Assembly (NCBI RefSeq): GCF_006345805.1
Contig: NC_043005.1
Coordinates: 186,001 to 250,000 of the forward strand
Source of the DNA: Octopus sinensis
Taxonomy: Eukaryota
Direction of reading: 5' to 3'
DNA: 64,000 bases
The notes beneath the pieces were generated by a model. The model saw only the letters and a program-made list of their open reading frames with translations, was not told the DNA's origin and ran no database searches. Shown piece after piece: positions 1 to 62,275 of this stretch. Position 1 is the first letter of the stretch. Every line of letters starts with the position of its first letter. The position numbers and the translations under genes are program-made.

Positions 1-265
1 TTCTTCCATCGGCGTTGCAGTGCTTGGATCTTATTGGTTGAGAAGCTTTCATCCGACTGGTAAAAAAAATGTCATCAACAGCAGATATGATGTCATCAAC
101 GTTGCGTTACTGGTTCCGAGGCAAGTGTTTTATCAGATGAAAGTCAGATGGGATCCAAATCATAGAATGAGGATGGAGAGAGTGATCAATCAGTTCAAAG
201 CCACAATGACGCATAGCAACCATTGAAACCAAAGACTTGTCTTGATGACCACTTTCACCAAACCA
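1..265 (-). mobile_element. Decayed mariner transposase C-terminal fragment
   Basis: Minus translation HKSLVSMVAMRHCGFELIDH..; ends toward the ALQRRWK motif; stops and frameshifts. Confidence 0.75.
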
Positions 266-295
266 AAATAATAATAATTATTACTCATTTACGAA

Positions 296-512
296 GACGA
301 CGAACTGGCAGACTCGTTAGCACGTCGGGCGAAATGCTTAGCAGTATTCCGTCCGTATTCATGTTCTGAGTTCAAATTCTGCCGAGATCGACTTTGCCTT
401 TCATCCTTTCGGGGTCGATAAATTAAGCACCAGTGAAACACTGGGGTCGATATAATCGACTAGTCTCCTCCCCCAAAATTTCAGACCATATGTCTATAGT
501 AGAACGGATTAT
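296..512 (+). mobile_element. SINE family A (tRNA-like head, GCCTTTCATCCTTTCGGGGTCGATAAA core; octopus OR1/Nin-domain-like)
   Basis: B-box-like GAGTTCAAATTC; near-identical copies at 3718-3930, 5640-5855, 22628-22770, 28700-28935 and about 34710-35060. Confidence 0.8.
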
Positions 513-601
513 TTTGGGAAGATTGATTTAATTGAAGCTAATGAAACAATTGCAAGCTAAACAATAAACGGCGTTTGATAACTTTTTCTTTGATGTTCTT
601 T

Positions 602-647
<46 letters not shown>

Positions 648-689
648 TATGCTGGTGTTTTGTGGACTTTCGGATTGCTAGTGTAACGT

Positions 690-1640
690 GCTCCAGAGGA
701 ATATCTCCACTTTTCAACTTCCATACAGCCACCATTAATACAAGTTCTTCATGAGGAAAATGCCGGGATCACACAGCGACATATAAATAAGAATACAAAG
801 CTGGCTCTTTACAAATCATTTGTCTTACTGTCCCTGTTGTATTCTTGTGAAACATGGACTTGTTATAAAAGGCATTTTAAACTGTTAGAACAATTCCACC
901 AGAAATGCCTTCATTGCATTTTAAAAATTAAATGGAGTTCTTTTACTCCAAACACAGATGTTCTTGTTTCTGCAGGCATCACCCCAATTAAAGCTATGAT
1001 TTTGAGGAACCAACTGAAATGGTGTGGCCATATTGTTCAATGAAAGATGAACGCATGCCGAAACAGTTGTTTTATGGTGAGCTTGCAGAGGGGAAACGCT
1101 ATCGACATAAAGCTAAAAAAAAGGACTACTATGAAGTCACTTGGAATGGTTCCAGAAGATATAGAAACCCTTGCTTCGGATCGAGTTGGATGGCGAACAA
1201 AGGTGTGGAGTGGAGTGAAAGCATTTGAAGAGGCCAGGATAACACAAGTAAGACTCAAAAGAGGTCCAAGGAAGAATGTTACGATCGAGACGGTGAATGA
1301 CAATGACCTTTTTGTTCTGCACAGTTTGTGACAGACCATGCCTTTCTTTTGCTGGGCCCAAATCTCATTTGCGGACCCATGAGAAACGAACCTCCACCAA
1401 CTATTCTGCCTATATGTCTGTGCACACCTTTTAATGCCGTGTATACCATAAAGTCTGCAAATCTAAATGAGGCCTTAAAAGACATTTGAAGATCCGCAAA
1501 GATTAGAACCTAACTGCAGCTCTTGGTGGTCCAAATCGGATGCGCAATCTGTGTGGCTGTCTTTTCAAAACATTGTCTGGCTTAAAAGGCAACATCAGAT
1601 ACCATGATGGATCTAAGGTGTCCATACAGAAGGTGGCCAG
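690..1640 (+). mobile_element. RTE-clade LINE 3' fragment with C-terminal C2H2 zinc fingers
   Basis: LLYSCETWTCYKRH..LEQFHQKCL..IL.I.W; QLKWCGH..RM.DERMPKQLFYGEL..GKR; then C.VC.RPC.S..G.KSH.RTH and two further degenerate fingers. Confidence 0.85.
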
Positions 1641-1689
1641 ACTCTGCATAAGGAGCAGAGAACCACCATGTATATACATATTTATAAAT

Positions 1690-1741
<52 letters not shown>

Positions 1742-2142
1742 GCGCGCACACACACATACACACACACACACACACACATACACACATGTGTCTGTGTGTT
1801 TGTATGTATGTATGTATATATAAATACATATATGCATATACACACACATACACATATGTATATGTATAGTCTGAGTATCCTGTCGTTGCCGGATAATTTT
1901 CACAATAGAATGCCTTGGCGGACTTTCGGAATAGCATAAGATGGATTTTCTCTCTTTTCTAACATGTATTGATGTTTTTCAGTATTCTCCCCCCCCCCAC
2001 AAACACATTTTATGAAATGATAAAGCAATATAGTCTATTGCTAAGATGTAAGCAACAACAAAAAATTGTAATTGTGTGTGTGTGTGGGTGTGGGTGTGTG
2101 TGGGTGTGTGTGTGTGTGTGTGTGTGTGGGGTGTGTGTGTGT

Positions 2143-2176
<34 letters not shown>

Positions 2177-3485
2177 ACGCTCGCTTCAGTAAGAATAAGC
2201 ATTTACTAACAGAAAAGCATGTTATTAAAATAAGTTATCTTTTAAATACCTTTTTAAATCAATGTTGGCCTAATGAAGCTCCTTACTCATATGCACACAC
2301 TCACACACTCAGCGTGAGCGATATACTTTTATTGAGAGTGAGAAAGTTTATCATGAGAAATGAAAGATGAATTTCGAAATTTTTAAAATTAAGTGAAAAA
2401 TTTCAAATTTGGTATATTGTACTTTTTCACGACGAATCCAAGTTCGTGATTCGTTTATTCCTGAAAGATCTTAGTAAAGTGTTACAGAGGTTTAAAGTTT
2501 CATAATTTTAATCTAATGGGAAAACAGAATTTGGAAGCTAAGCATTTTTTGTGTGATAAATTGTGTATCATAAAATGAAAGTGAGCATTAGAAGACCAGG
2601 TTTTAAACAAAATGAAGGCTATGTGTGAGAATTAATACATATGCGAGTAAGAGTGAGTATCAAAGAGCATGGTAAATACAGATAGATTGATGGAGATAGA
2701 GACTGGGAGAATTGTCGATCTAAAAGTCGAGTTATTTCTCATAGAAAATTACATTTTTTAATTATTATTAACGGACAGCATTGTCTTTGGGATGCAGATT
2801 TTGAAAATGAAATTAATTTTTCTAAAAGATGCACTGTTTTAGAGCCTTCTAGGGCTAAACACACATACGCTTGCATTGTATTTTTTACACACACACACAC
2901 ACATATATATATGTGTGTGTGTATAGATATTTCTATATAAGAAGTTTGTAATTTAATGTGTCTCGCTGCAAAGGATAATAGAAAGGAAAGTTCAATAGTC
3001 TGCAAGTGAAGTCAGCGCACGCTTCTCCAAAGACGTGTTTTACTGGCAACAACAAGTCCAATTTAAAAATACTAGGATCATTTGAAGAGTACAGTTCTTT
3101 GATTCACTCCGGGCATGTATATTTATATTGAAGCGGGAGCAACAATGAACAGCATAAATTATACCCAGAGAAAATAGTAATCATCGGAATTCTCTTGATT
3201 AGATATGTGCATGGCAGGGGTTAACTTGACGTTAAACAACACCTCAGATGTGTATGATCTGCCAGAGAGATGTAAGAAACGTGCATAGCGAAAAATGCAA
3301 GAAACGTACAAAGTGAAAAATGTAAGAAATGTTTCACGTACGTTATACAATGTAATCTTAGATTATTCTAAGTAGAATGAATAATTAGAGAGAGAATACT
3401 TCGAAGAATGATCGTGAATCTGTCGCCTCAATGAAGATTTACCTGGGGTTAAACCAAAATAATAAGCAACAAAAGAATTACTTAC

Positions 3486-51497
<48,012 letters not shown>

Positions 51498-51577
51498 CTG
51501 TTTTTAGAAAATAGAGAATGAAAGACTTGTGTCATATTACAGCAATAACCCAAACAGTTTTAGTTTTCTCAATATAT

Positions 51578-51648
<71 letters not shown>

Positions 51649-52129
51649 AGCTATACACACACACATACACACACACACACACACACACATATTTAAGTCA
51701 CAATATATGGCTTCAAGTAATCCGGGAATATTCATAAAAAAGCTACTTAATGTATCATTCTACGAAACAGAATACAAAGGAAAATGATAAGGAGTGTATA
51801 ACAATATAAATGACGGGAGTAAATATAATGATAAAGTTTATTTAACTATAAGAAAATTCAAATATCACAACACATTGTTTTGTAATTTAAGGCATGTTAA
51901 CATAATTTATTTTGTTATATTTAATAAATAAATTACTTATCTTCAAAAATCGTTTTAAACAATGCAGAAATTAAGCTACATCCTTAGATGAAAGAAAACT
52001 CTTTCTTAAATACTAAATACTTTAGAATCTAACAAAGATTTTTCTTTTCACCTGAGAATTTAGTTAAAATTTCTGCTTTGTTTTAAACGATTTTTTGTAT
52101 TAATGCAGACATGTAAGTCACTCATATCG

Positions 52130-53365
52130 CTTGACCGTCGTGCCTTGTCCCAGACATTGGTCTGATTACGCTGGAGCTTATACTCCTCCGCTTCTTATGG
52201 AGGGGATGCGTCCCGGTGGTCAGGCGGTCTATCTGCTGTCAACACCCGTTGCGTGGTGGACTGAGCATGGTGGTTGATGATGTGCAGTTATGCACTGAGG
52301 CTACGAGAACTCCAGTGCTTCCTTGACGGTGAACAGGTGTGATTGCCATTCGCCAGACACGTATTTCCGCAGTTAGTTTCTTTAGCGGAGATGCAGTCCT
52401 TGGTAAAAGAGAGACCGAGGGGGAGCATTTGGAAAGTGGAATGTCTTCAAGTGCTTCCCTCAGCTAATAGGGAACTGCTTAGGTGGAACATCCACTTTAG
52501 TATTTTATAGAGGATTAGTGGAGGAAAAGTGCGACAATGTTATTGGGTGGCCTTGGGCATCGAGGGAGATCTGCTAGTCGCTCTTTTCCGGAGAACTTTC
52601 GGGCTGTGACCAATGGATAATTTCTAAAAATCTCTGACCTGGAAGTGCTACTGGGTAGCTTTGCCTGTTCGGGATAAACTTTACAGGCACGGAAGTGTCG
52701 TCAGCCGAGCATGTCCGAGATGCATGCAGGACGACGAGAAAGTCCTGTATGCACTCGTCCAGTGCCCGAGCATTGCTGTCCTCTGGGTTTATGTCGGACA
52801 CCTGCTGTCGCGTGTGGGACGGATCCGGCTGTCAACTGAATCCATTGCGAAGATCACCCTGCCGCCTTCCCTTAGCCGGGAAGGAAAGGCTGTTTTTATA
52901 TGTCCGGTGGCCATGGCGAAAGAGGTTGTATGGTGGACGAGATTGAAGGGACTGAAGACAAACACTTTTCTCTTTGGCCAATCCCTGTTGAACTTTTTCA
53001 AGTTTCACTTTTAGCCAGTTTGCTAAAAGGTGGATGAAAGAGGCGAGAATGGTGTGAGTGAACGAGCCTGCCCTGAGCATTCGCCTGTAGTTGGAAAAAA
53101 GGAAAGGAAAATAGGCACCTACCCCAAAAGTCAGGGTACCCATGGTTTTTTTACGGGCTTTTTCCATGAGCATCCCTCGAACGTCTCCTCCCTACTGAGG
53201 ATTACACAGCGTTGATTTCTCTCTCATTGAAAAAAAATTTGTTAGACTTGCTTACACACAAAATCCTTACAACACACTCTCACACATATACACGAGATTT
53301 TGTTTTGTCCTGAGCTGTCCATAATGATTTTCTAACGCAAACCTTTGTGGTAAATAAAGAAATCA
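52130..53365 (+). mobile_element. L1/Tx1-like LINE 3' fragment
   Basis: LPVRDKL...CPRC...E.V..ALVQC (zf-RVT-like); AATAAA then (ATC/ATT)n tail. Confidence 0.75.
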
Positions 53366-53373
53366 TCATCGTT

Positions 53374-53433
<60 letters not shown>

Positions 53434-53449
53434 TAAAACAGTTTGCTTC

Positions 53450-53990
53450 AACCCCATGTAATGTAACGTTTTGTAGCAGAAGTTCGTCTCTTTCATTAGA
53501 TTACCAAATGGAGAAACACAGGAACTTGTATCCAGGTATGGGTGGCGTATCTGGTATTCCTTGAAGAAAATTGTCCGTTTAAAGTGATGGGATCCTTTTT
53601 CCTTTTTTATCAGTTTTGGGACAATGTTAAATAGGGGAGAGCCTGTTGAGGAAAAGTTGTGTCGCAGTGTACCTATATGTTATGATCCTGAATTGTGCCG
53701 GGTACGTATGGCCCGTGGTCCCAGCCTTGGATGAACCTTGAAACTAATGCCCAGGTCGTTTGGGCAATGCAGAATGTATTTTCTTCACATTGTGCAATTG
53801 ATGTACCGCTCGCGGCGGCGCTGGAGAGAGTAGAGTTTCAAGGCTTTAAGGGGTTGGGGCAGTAATCGAGATCAGTCATGCCTTCAATTCGTTTAGTGAG
53901 TGCCCTCTGGGGTGATTCAATATATATAGAAGGGGTGTATTTCCACGCGGGAAAAAGTATAGGAGAATTTGTTTTTGAATATGCACCTGA
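53450..53990 (-). mobile_element. CR1-like LINE 3' fragment
   Basis: IESPQRALTKRIEGM.DLDY..LK.L.LYSLQRRRERY. Confidence 0.7.
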
Positions 53991-54423
53991 CTTTGAAAAA
54001 CTTGCTTTTAAATAAATTAATTTACATACATACCAAGCTAGTTTCAACAATTTTTTGTCAATAGTATAAACGTATATAAAACAATGCGAAGAAGAAAACA
54101 AGTTTAAATGATTAAATGTTCACAAAATTCAATAACAGGGGTAGATAATATCAAAAATGATCGGCGAAGAATATAAAAATTGTGGATTACTAGAAGTTCA
54201 GTGAAACTGAGTTATTATAGAATAAATGGACAAGAGAGAGAAAAGAAAAAAAATCTTGCGTGTTATTCTTTTTCCGTCGCGTACAGGGCTTTTCGCTTTT
54301 AACGGAATGTTTTGGAATTAGTGTATGTATGTATATATATATATATATACATGTGATCTCGTGAGCACCGCCAGCAATTTGTTTCCTCTGTCTTCCCTTC
54401 TCGGGATCTTTCCTTCTCCTTTG

Positions 54424-54457
54424 TTTCCGACGAAGAGCTCCGCTCGAAACGTTGAAC
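54424..54457 (+). ncRNA. Minimal hammerhead motif (U4C variant) in a short (TA)n-flanked element at about 54355-54560
   Basis: GTTT-CCGACGA-A-GAGC-tcc-GCTC-GAAAC-GTT-GAAC; palindromic AACGTT. Confidence 0.55.
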
Positions 54458-54566
54458 CCTCCTTCTTCCCTTCTTTCCTGGGCTTCCAATAATACTTTAA
54501 TTGTTCCACGTCCTCGCGTTGCTGTGTTTTTTTTTCTGTGTTTTCTTGTTTGGATTAACTATATAT

Positions 54567-54603
<37 letters not shown>

Positions 54604-54949
54604 TTCTCCGCGGACGGATCTAATTTTTGATTCGTTATAATTCTGATCACGTCTTATTCTTTCTGATGGTCAAGTTTAGCGTTCTGCTTGGTTGACCCGG
54701 TTGGTTGATTCTCATAAAGGGTCAGTTTGTTTTCCTGAGGGTCCGGTTCTGATTGGAAGTAAAATTCCATTCGTCTAGTGATTGGTAAGGTCAGCAACTG
54801 GTGTTTGAGAGGGTGTATGGTGTTATTGGATAGTATAGGTGTGTAGTTATTGTATAGAGTTGCAGTTTCGAAACCCAGGTGGAAGACTGTTACTAAAGTT
54901 TTCGAATTATGTCTGTTGTATCTGGTTGTTTTTTTGTGGAGAAATTGAG

Positions 54950-57000
54950 CCTCTTCTACTTTCTGGTGTTGATGTTGTCAGCAAAACCAAACATCTTCAG
55001 GTATTCAGCGATCTAAGAATGAGGCGTCATATCATATGCCTTCTTAAAGTCAATCCAAGCCACAGACATTTTTGTATGATGTTTCTTACAATGCCTCAAA
55101 ACTGTTTTATCGATGACCAGGTGATCTTTGGTACCCTGAGAACTCTTCCTACATCCTTTTTGTACACTTTGTAGTATTTCTTCTTGTGCTAGGAAAGTGT
55201 ATGTAGTTTCTCAAAATATTACCCTTTCTTCTATCTTTCATTACAAGTGTTGTCCTCCCAGTCACCATCCACGCGGGGACTGTACCTTTCTGGTCACACT
55301 CATTCAATTGGGCTGCTAGTCTTTCATGCGCCGAGTGGCATCGCTTCAGCCAGAAGCCACGAATCCCATCTGGTCTGGGGACTTTCAAGTTAGGCACTTT
55401 AACCACTTGTTCTTTCACATCACCCGTCCTTATGACAATATTCCTTTATTTCTTACCTCCTTGTAATTTTGTCTTGATAGTCCCTATCCACATCGCATCC
55501 CTTTTATGCACCACCTTGTTTCCCTATAATCCACTCAAGAACTCCTGGCTTGATTTACATCAGGAGCAACATTTTCCCCATTGTCTCTTTGTAACGGGCG
55601 GAAGAATTGCTTCGGGTTATTTTTTAACAATCAGTTCTCCTCGAACTGCTTATTTCTGTTCACAAATCTTCTGATCTTCTGGCTTTTTGCTATGATCCTC
55701 TGTTTTAACTGCTCTATTACTGTATCAAACCCGCTCTTCCGTATTTTATACTTCTTCCCTGATTTTTCTGTCGGTCTTTTTCCCATTTTTCCAGTTTCCT
55801 CTTAACTATTGCTCAGTTTTTCCTAGATCTTGCCTTACCCGTATTATGTCCCGTTTCAATGCGTTCTTTCCACCATGTTCTTTTGCTCCACCATTTTTGT
55901 TCCCTTAAGTTGTAATTTCTCCTCAACAAGTAGCGCAATAGCTCGGAGATTCCTTGTTTGTGTTATGTCCTCCGACTGGATGTATGGTATAACAGTATTT
56001 ATCTTTCGTGTTACTTTATTTATCATACTCCTATCTTTATCATATTCATGGGTATTTTTTTCTGAAGTCGGTGAGTCGTCTTCGAATTTCAAGCAATTCA
56101 ATATCTAGTTGGTTCATTTCCCCTGCATGTCCACCCACCACAGTATCAGGGTTATCAAAAGACCTAATCAACAGCATGGAGTTCTTCTGCTGCACGACAA
56201 CGCCTGCCCTCATATCGCCAATATGACCAAGAAAACCATTCAAACGCATGGCTGGGAAGTGCTGCCACACCTGCCGTACTCTTCTGATTTGGCATCAACG
56301 AATTTCCATTCCTTTCGACCTCCATCAAATGCTATACGCGGAGTTTCGTTCAATACTGATGCGGAATTGAGAGCTTGGTTGGATTAATTTTTCGAGTCGA
56401 AATCGGGTGATTTCTCCCAACGAGGTATTGAAAATCTTGTTGAACGTTGGGAAGAAGTTGTAAACAACAAGGGTGAATACATTGTTGATTAATTAGTTGT
56501 TATTTTTTATTAAAACTTTTTAAAAATCTAAATTACAAAAAAAAACGGTGGTAACTTAGTTGGCAACCCAATATATATTAAGCACTGTTCACGTTAAGTT
56601 ATCAAATATTCATTTATTTCATACATAACAGAAATAAGATGGACTTAGTGTTATCGCATTAGAATTAAATGTGAAAGAATAGAAGTGAAACAATATTATA
56701 TCACATCACAATATAGATCTCATTCTTTCACTTTTGACACTTAATACCGAACCAGTGCCAATGTTATATTGTTCTAATCCAAATGAAAAAAAAATTACAT
56801 GTTGACACTCAAGTATCCTAAATGTTGGAATCAGCACCGGTAGGGCAAATGCATTGTGGGATATTGTCTTGTAAGAGGAGAGAGTTCGGACTAATATTTT
56901 TCTTAGTCTGGTGTAATAGTCTAGGGTCACTCTATCTTTATTCACAGTACCTTGGTATGATATATGTTCATCATTGCCAAGGTACTTGTAGCATTCTTTG
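54950..57000 (-). mobile_element. Decayed Dong/R4 LINE fragments interrupted by a mariner
   Basis: KVPRPDGIRGFWLK..H.RLA.QL..VP.WM..GRT.L..KD; KYLG; YY.RL.KIL...LSSY..I..HN.FALPVL. Confidence 0.75.
56109..56574 (+). mobile_element. Mariner 3' half with right TIR
   Basis: LLHDNACPH, WEVLPHLPYSSDLA, GIENLVERWEEVVNNKGEYIVD*; TIR ending GTTGGCAACCCAA then TA. Confidence 0.85.
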
Positions 57001-57289
57001 TATGTTACAGGTGAGATAGTGAAACCATTGATGAACAGGTTTTGTGTCTGGGAGACTGATTTTCCGCTTTTAAAAATTAGATTGTTTATATAATTAATAA
57101 TTTTATCTTAACAAAATTTTACTACAAACACACACACACATGCATATGTTTATAATTATATCATTAAAATGCTTATTTAATAATATTTTACATACACACA
57201 TATGTACTAAAGAAAAGACGGATATGTATGTAGTTAAATATCATGACTGATAAGCAGGCAGATACTAAACAGACAGACGGATGGACAGA

Positions 57290-57388
57290 CAGACAGGCAA
57301 GCAGACAGAGACAGACAGGCGGGCACAGAGAGAGACAGACAGACAGACAGACAGACCGACCGACAGACAGACAGACAGACAGACAGAC

Positions 57389-57446
<58 letters not shown>

Positions 57447-57447
57447 T

Positions 57448-57529
<82 letters not shown>

Positions 57530-57978
57530 CAAACATAAACAGTAAATATGCAAGTAGATAGTTATGAAAAGCGGGAAAATATTCCATTTAATTCCTATAT
57601 GCAATCTTATCGAAAAACGTCCATACCTGGTAGAAGAGTGTGGATGAAACAAATAAATCTTGATTCTTGTATGTTCCAGAAAAAAAATTCTTAGCCTACG
57701 ATGTCGATTGGATGTTTCTTTTAGAAGTTATGAATTGCTGAAATAGATAAGAAAAAAATTAAGTATGAGGAAAATTATATACATACATACATACATACAT
57801 ACATACATACATACATACATACATACATACATACATAACTACATACATACATACATACATACATACATACATACATACATACATACATGCATACATACAT
57901 ACATATATATGTGTGTGTATATATATATATATATAAAATATATATATATAAACATACATATATTTATATATATATATG

Positions 57979-58025
<47 letters not shown>

Positions 58026-58085
58026 TCCTCTATTTACATAACATCGAGGTCTCATTCATTCTTTTGTTATCATATTATTATTATT

Positions 58086-58158
<73 letters not shown>

Positions 58159-58160
58159 TA
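57290..58160. repeat. (GACA)n, (GATA)n, (CATA)n, (TA)n and (TAA)n microsatellite cluster
   Basis: Direct inspection. Confidence 0.9.
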
Positions 58161-61100
58161 GTAAAACACGAAGACGAACGTAACATTTCCAATAAAAACT
58201 ATGTAAACAAAAAACAACAAACCCAGACCGTAAGGATGCATAATAATGCACGACAAGCAGCAAGCCAAAATACGACAGGCAGACGTACGAACGAGAAATA
58301 AAGCGACACAAATCTAAAACCTGGAAACAACGAAGGGGAGCCTAAAGATTATGATACTATAAAAAGTAGAATAATCAAAGAACTGAAAAACTCAGATCTC
58401 AAAATGGACCACCGACCATACCTCCCAAAAATCAAAATAGACAAAAATCAACATCAATTATAACTAGCATAAACCTAGCCGTCACAGAACTAATAGCCAC
58501 TAAAACAAATAGCGATATCACTGAGCTAAATGACATAATATATGCAGCAGCCACTGCAGCCACAATAGAAGCTGGATACTCCCTCAAACCCATCCAAACA
58601 GGAGTACCACCAAACAAACCCTGTAGATAAATAACATCTCCAAAAAATACAAAAAATGAGAAAAGATCTGTCGATTCTTAATGAAATCAGTAGACAATCA
58701 ACGCTACTAAGAAACAAAAAGAAAACAAAAGTACTGTGCAAATACAACATCACAGAAAAATATTTACCTGAGATAAAAGAAAAGCTAAAGCAAGATATCC
58801 TTGCCAAAGCACAAAGGATCCGCCGGTATGAGAAACGCCAACGTTTCTTTGAACAAAACAAACAGTTCAACTCCAACCCCAAAAAGTTCTACCAAAAACT
58901 TGGCAAAAAATCAAAATGAACATCACTGTAGCACCAACGGCAGGAGAAGTGGAAGAATTCTGGAGAGAAATATAGTCGGCGAAAGAACAACCAAAAAAAA
59001 GGAGTATCAAAATAACAAACTCGGCATCTGAACAACTTTGGACCCCCATAACTGAAGAGGTCACCCAGGCACTGCAAAGACTAAGCAACTGGAAGGCACC
59101 TGGGCATGACAAGATCCCCAACTTCTGGTTGAAATATCTAACAGGAATGCACAAAAAGCTGGCTGAAAACTTTAACAACATACTAGCAGAGCCAGAGACA
59201 ATGCCTGAATGGCTCACGAAGGGGAAAACCATCTTAATTCCCAAATCAAATGAAACAGCAAAACCAGAAAACTACAGACCAATAACCTTCCTCCCTACAA
59301 TGTTCAAGGCATTTACTGCAGTGATATCGCAAAGGTTGAACAAGCACCTGGACGAAAACAACCTGTTTCCAGAAGAGCAGAAAGGATCCCGCAAAGGCTC
59401 ATATGGCTGTAAAGATCAACTAATGATTAATAAAGCAATAACTGAAGACAGCCACAGAAAGAAGAAAGGCCTCAGTATGGCCTGGGTTGACTACAGAAAG
59501 GCGTTTCATAGCATCCCCCACACATGGATCCTCGAAACACTAGCCATTAACAAAGTAGCACCAACAATCATAAAATTCATAGAGCACTCTATGAATAAAT
59601 GGCAAACAGTGCTACACCTCCAAACAAAAGAGGGACTCATGAAAACCAAAGACATCCCCGTTAGAAGAGGAATATTCAGGGAGACACGCTCTCTCCACTC
59701 CTTTTCTGCTTGGCACTGTCACCTCTATCTGATATGCTAGATAGAACTGGATGCAGATATAAATGTTACGGCAAAACGATCAGCCACCTTTTATATATGG
59801 ATGACCTAAAACTGTACGCTGCAAATGACAAACAGCTAGAAACACAATTAAAGACAGTTCATGGAATCACCAAAGAAATAGATATGAAATTTGGAATAGA
59901 AAAATGCGCCAAATTAACCCTGGAGAGAGGAAAACTAGTTAAGAGTAGCAACATCACGCTAGATAAATCCAATGAAATAAGAGAATTAGACCAAAGCCAA
60001 ACTTACAAATATTTAGGAATCCATGAACTAGATAAGACACAACACACATAAATGAAAGAGAAAATAAATAAAGAATACTATAGACGAGTTAGATCAATAG
60101 TAAAAACAGAGCTCAATGCTAAAAACAAGATAATAGGTATTAACACTTTAGCTTCCCCAGTTATAAGTTACAGCTACAATATCCTTAACTGGACACTAAT
60201 GAACTAAGCAAAATAGATAGGAAAACAAGAAAAATAATGACAGGATCTAGGATGCACCGCCCAAAATCTGACATAGAAAGGCTATATATACAACGTATAG
60301 AAGGTGGTAGAGGCCTTATAAAGCTGGAAAACTATTATAAAATAACCACCATCGGACTGAAAAAATACCTACTTCAGAAGCAAGGAAAACTGATCCAGAT
60401 AGCAGCAAAACACGAGCAAAACAAAAAACTGTTCTCAGTATTTAAGGAAGCTGACAAATACAAACAAGAAATCATACCACCTACTAAATATGAAGAAGAA
60501 GAAGATGAAGAAACAACAACAAAGCTATAAAACAAATGAAATCCAAACTAAAACTAGAATAGCAACGGACCATGATAAAACGATGGCAAGAAAAACTAAA
60601 TGCAAATGAAATAGATAAAGAAAAGTCCCAGCAATGGTTGAGAAGCTCAGGACTCAAAGCAGAGACGGAAGGATTTTTAATTGCAGCACAAGACCAAAGC
60701 CTCCCCACCAGAAATTACCAAAAACATGTAATGAAAAGAATATAACAAGTAACTGCAGAATATGTGGAGATGGACAAGAAACAATAAATCATATTATCTC
60801 TGGCTACCCAGTCCTTGCTAGGAAGGAATATATTCACAGACACGACAGAGTTGGGACCTACATACACTGGAAGCTATGCCAACACTATGGAATAACAACA
60901 GAAAAAGATGGTGTAGGCACACACCAGAAAAAGTTACAGAAAACGAGAAAACAACAATACTCTGGGATATGCCAATACACACAGATAAAGAAATTAAGGC
61001 CAACAGACCAGATATAGTTGTCAGAGATCATGAAGAAAAAATGCTTTCTAATTGATGTATCAATACCGGCAGATGACGACGTGTCTCTAAAAGAAATGGA

Positions 61101-61414
61101 GAAACATTCTAATTACAAAGACCCAGAAATAGAGGTAACATGAATGTAGAATCTAAAAACAGAAACAATTCCTATCATAGTAGGCGAATTAGGCATGATT
61201 AAAAAGTATTCATACAAATACATAACAAAAACACCAGGACTAGCAAATATATATAACATACAGAAAATTGCACTACTGGGCACTGCACACGTCCTACGCA
61301 AAACACTTTCAATACAATGAGAATAAGAGCACCACAGCAAACCACAGCACATACCCAAGGCACACAGAGCTGCGCTCGGTAGTGAAGTGAAAGCAAGCTG
61401 TAAAAATAAAACTA

Positions 61415-61417
<3 letters not shown>
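58161..61417 (+). mobile_element. Near full-length Dong/R4 LINE inserted in (TAA)n
   Basis: KAPGHDKIPNFWLK, NYRPITFLPT, EEQKGSRKGSYGCKDQL, HLLYMDDLKL, CRIC..ETINH..RHD, RPDIVV; (TAA)n on both flanks; a few stops and frameshifts. Confidence 0.95.
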
Positions 61418-61486
<69 letters not shown>

Positions 61487-61514
61487 TAATAATAATGATA
61501 AATACAAAATTTAC

Positions 61515-61599
61515 CAAATTTATGAAAGGAGATAAATTCTACCACATATCTTGAAGTAAATTTCGTAATAGCTTCTGGGTAAACAGCATTCATTTTTTT
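61515..61599 (-). CDS. Candidate upstream LOX exon KKMNAVYPEAITKFTSRYVVEFISFHKF(E)
   Basis: ccag acceptor, G|gtaaat donor, open frame, ends in phase 1 compatible with exon 1; no clear PLAT motif. Confidence 0.3.
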
Positions 61600-62107
61600 C
61601 TGGTTTGGAGCAGAGATAAATAAGTTTTGCAAATTACCAACCCAGACGCATGTACATAGCCACCCAAACCCAAACCCATAGACACACTCAAATACTCACA
61701 CGCACACACACATATATGCGCACACACACATATATACGCACACACACATATATACGCACACACACATATATACGCACTCACACAACACACAAATATGCAC
61801 ACACTTGCACTCACATACATATACACACACACGTACATACATACATACAGACAGACATATATACATACGTGTGTATGCACATGCACACTGACGCACGCAC
61901 ATGCGCACAACCAACCAAACAAAAAGAACGCAGCTTCAATAAGGGACAGAGTCAACAACTATTGGGGGGGTTACAAGAAGCAGCGAAAATTTTAGATGGA
62001 AAATAATAAATGAGTGGAAATGGAACCGGTGAGTGTGTCGATGAATGAGACACAAGACATTAAAGCAGAATTACTCTGCCCAGTTACAACACTACACACA
62101 CACACAG

Positions 62108-62147
<40 letters not shown>

Positions 62148-62275
62148 GCACATATGTATGTATGTATGTATGTATATACACAAAGGGATTTGTATGATTG
62201 TGTATAGAAGAATATATTACTCAAAGGAATTCCAACTCTGTTTTTCACGTTTTATTTATATTCTTATATAGGATA

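Noticed and set aside
57627-57737. AG/GT-bounded segment upstream of LOX exon 1
   Set aside because: The phase-compatible frame has a TAA and no ATG. It could only be a UTR exon and cannot be supported from sequence alone.
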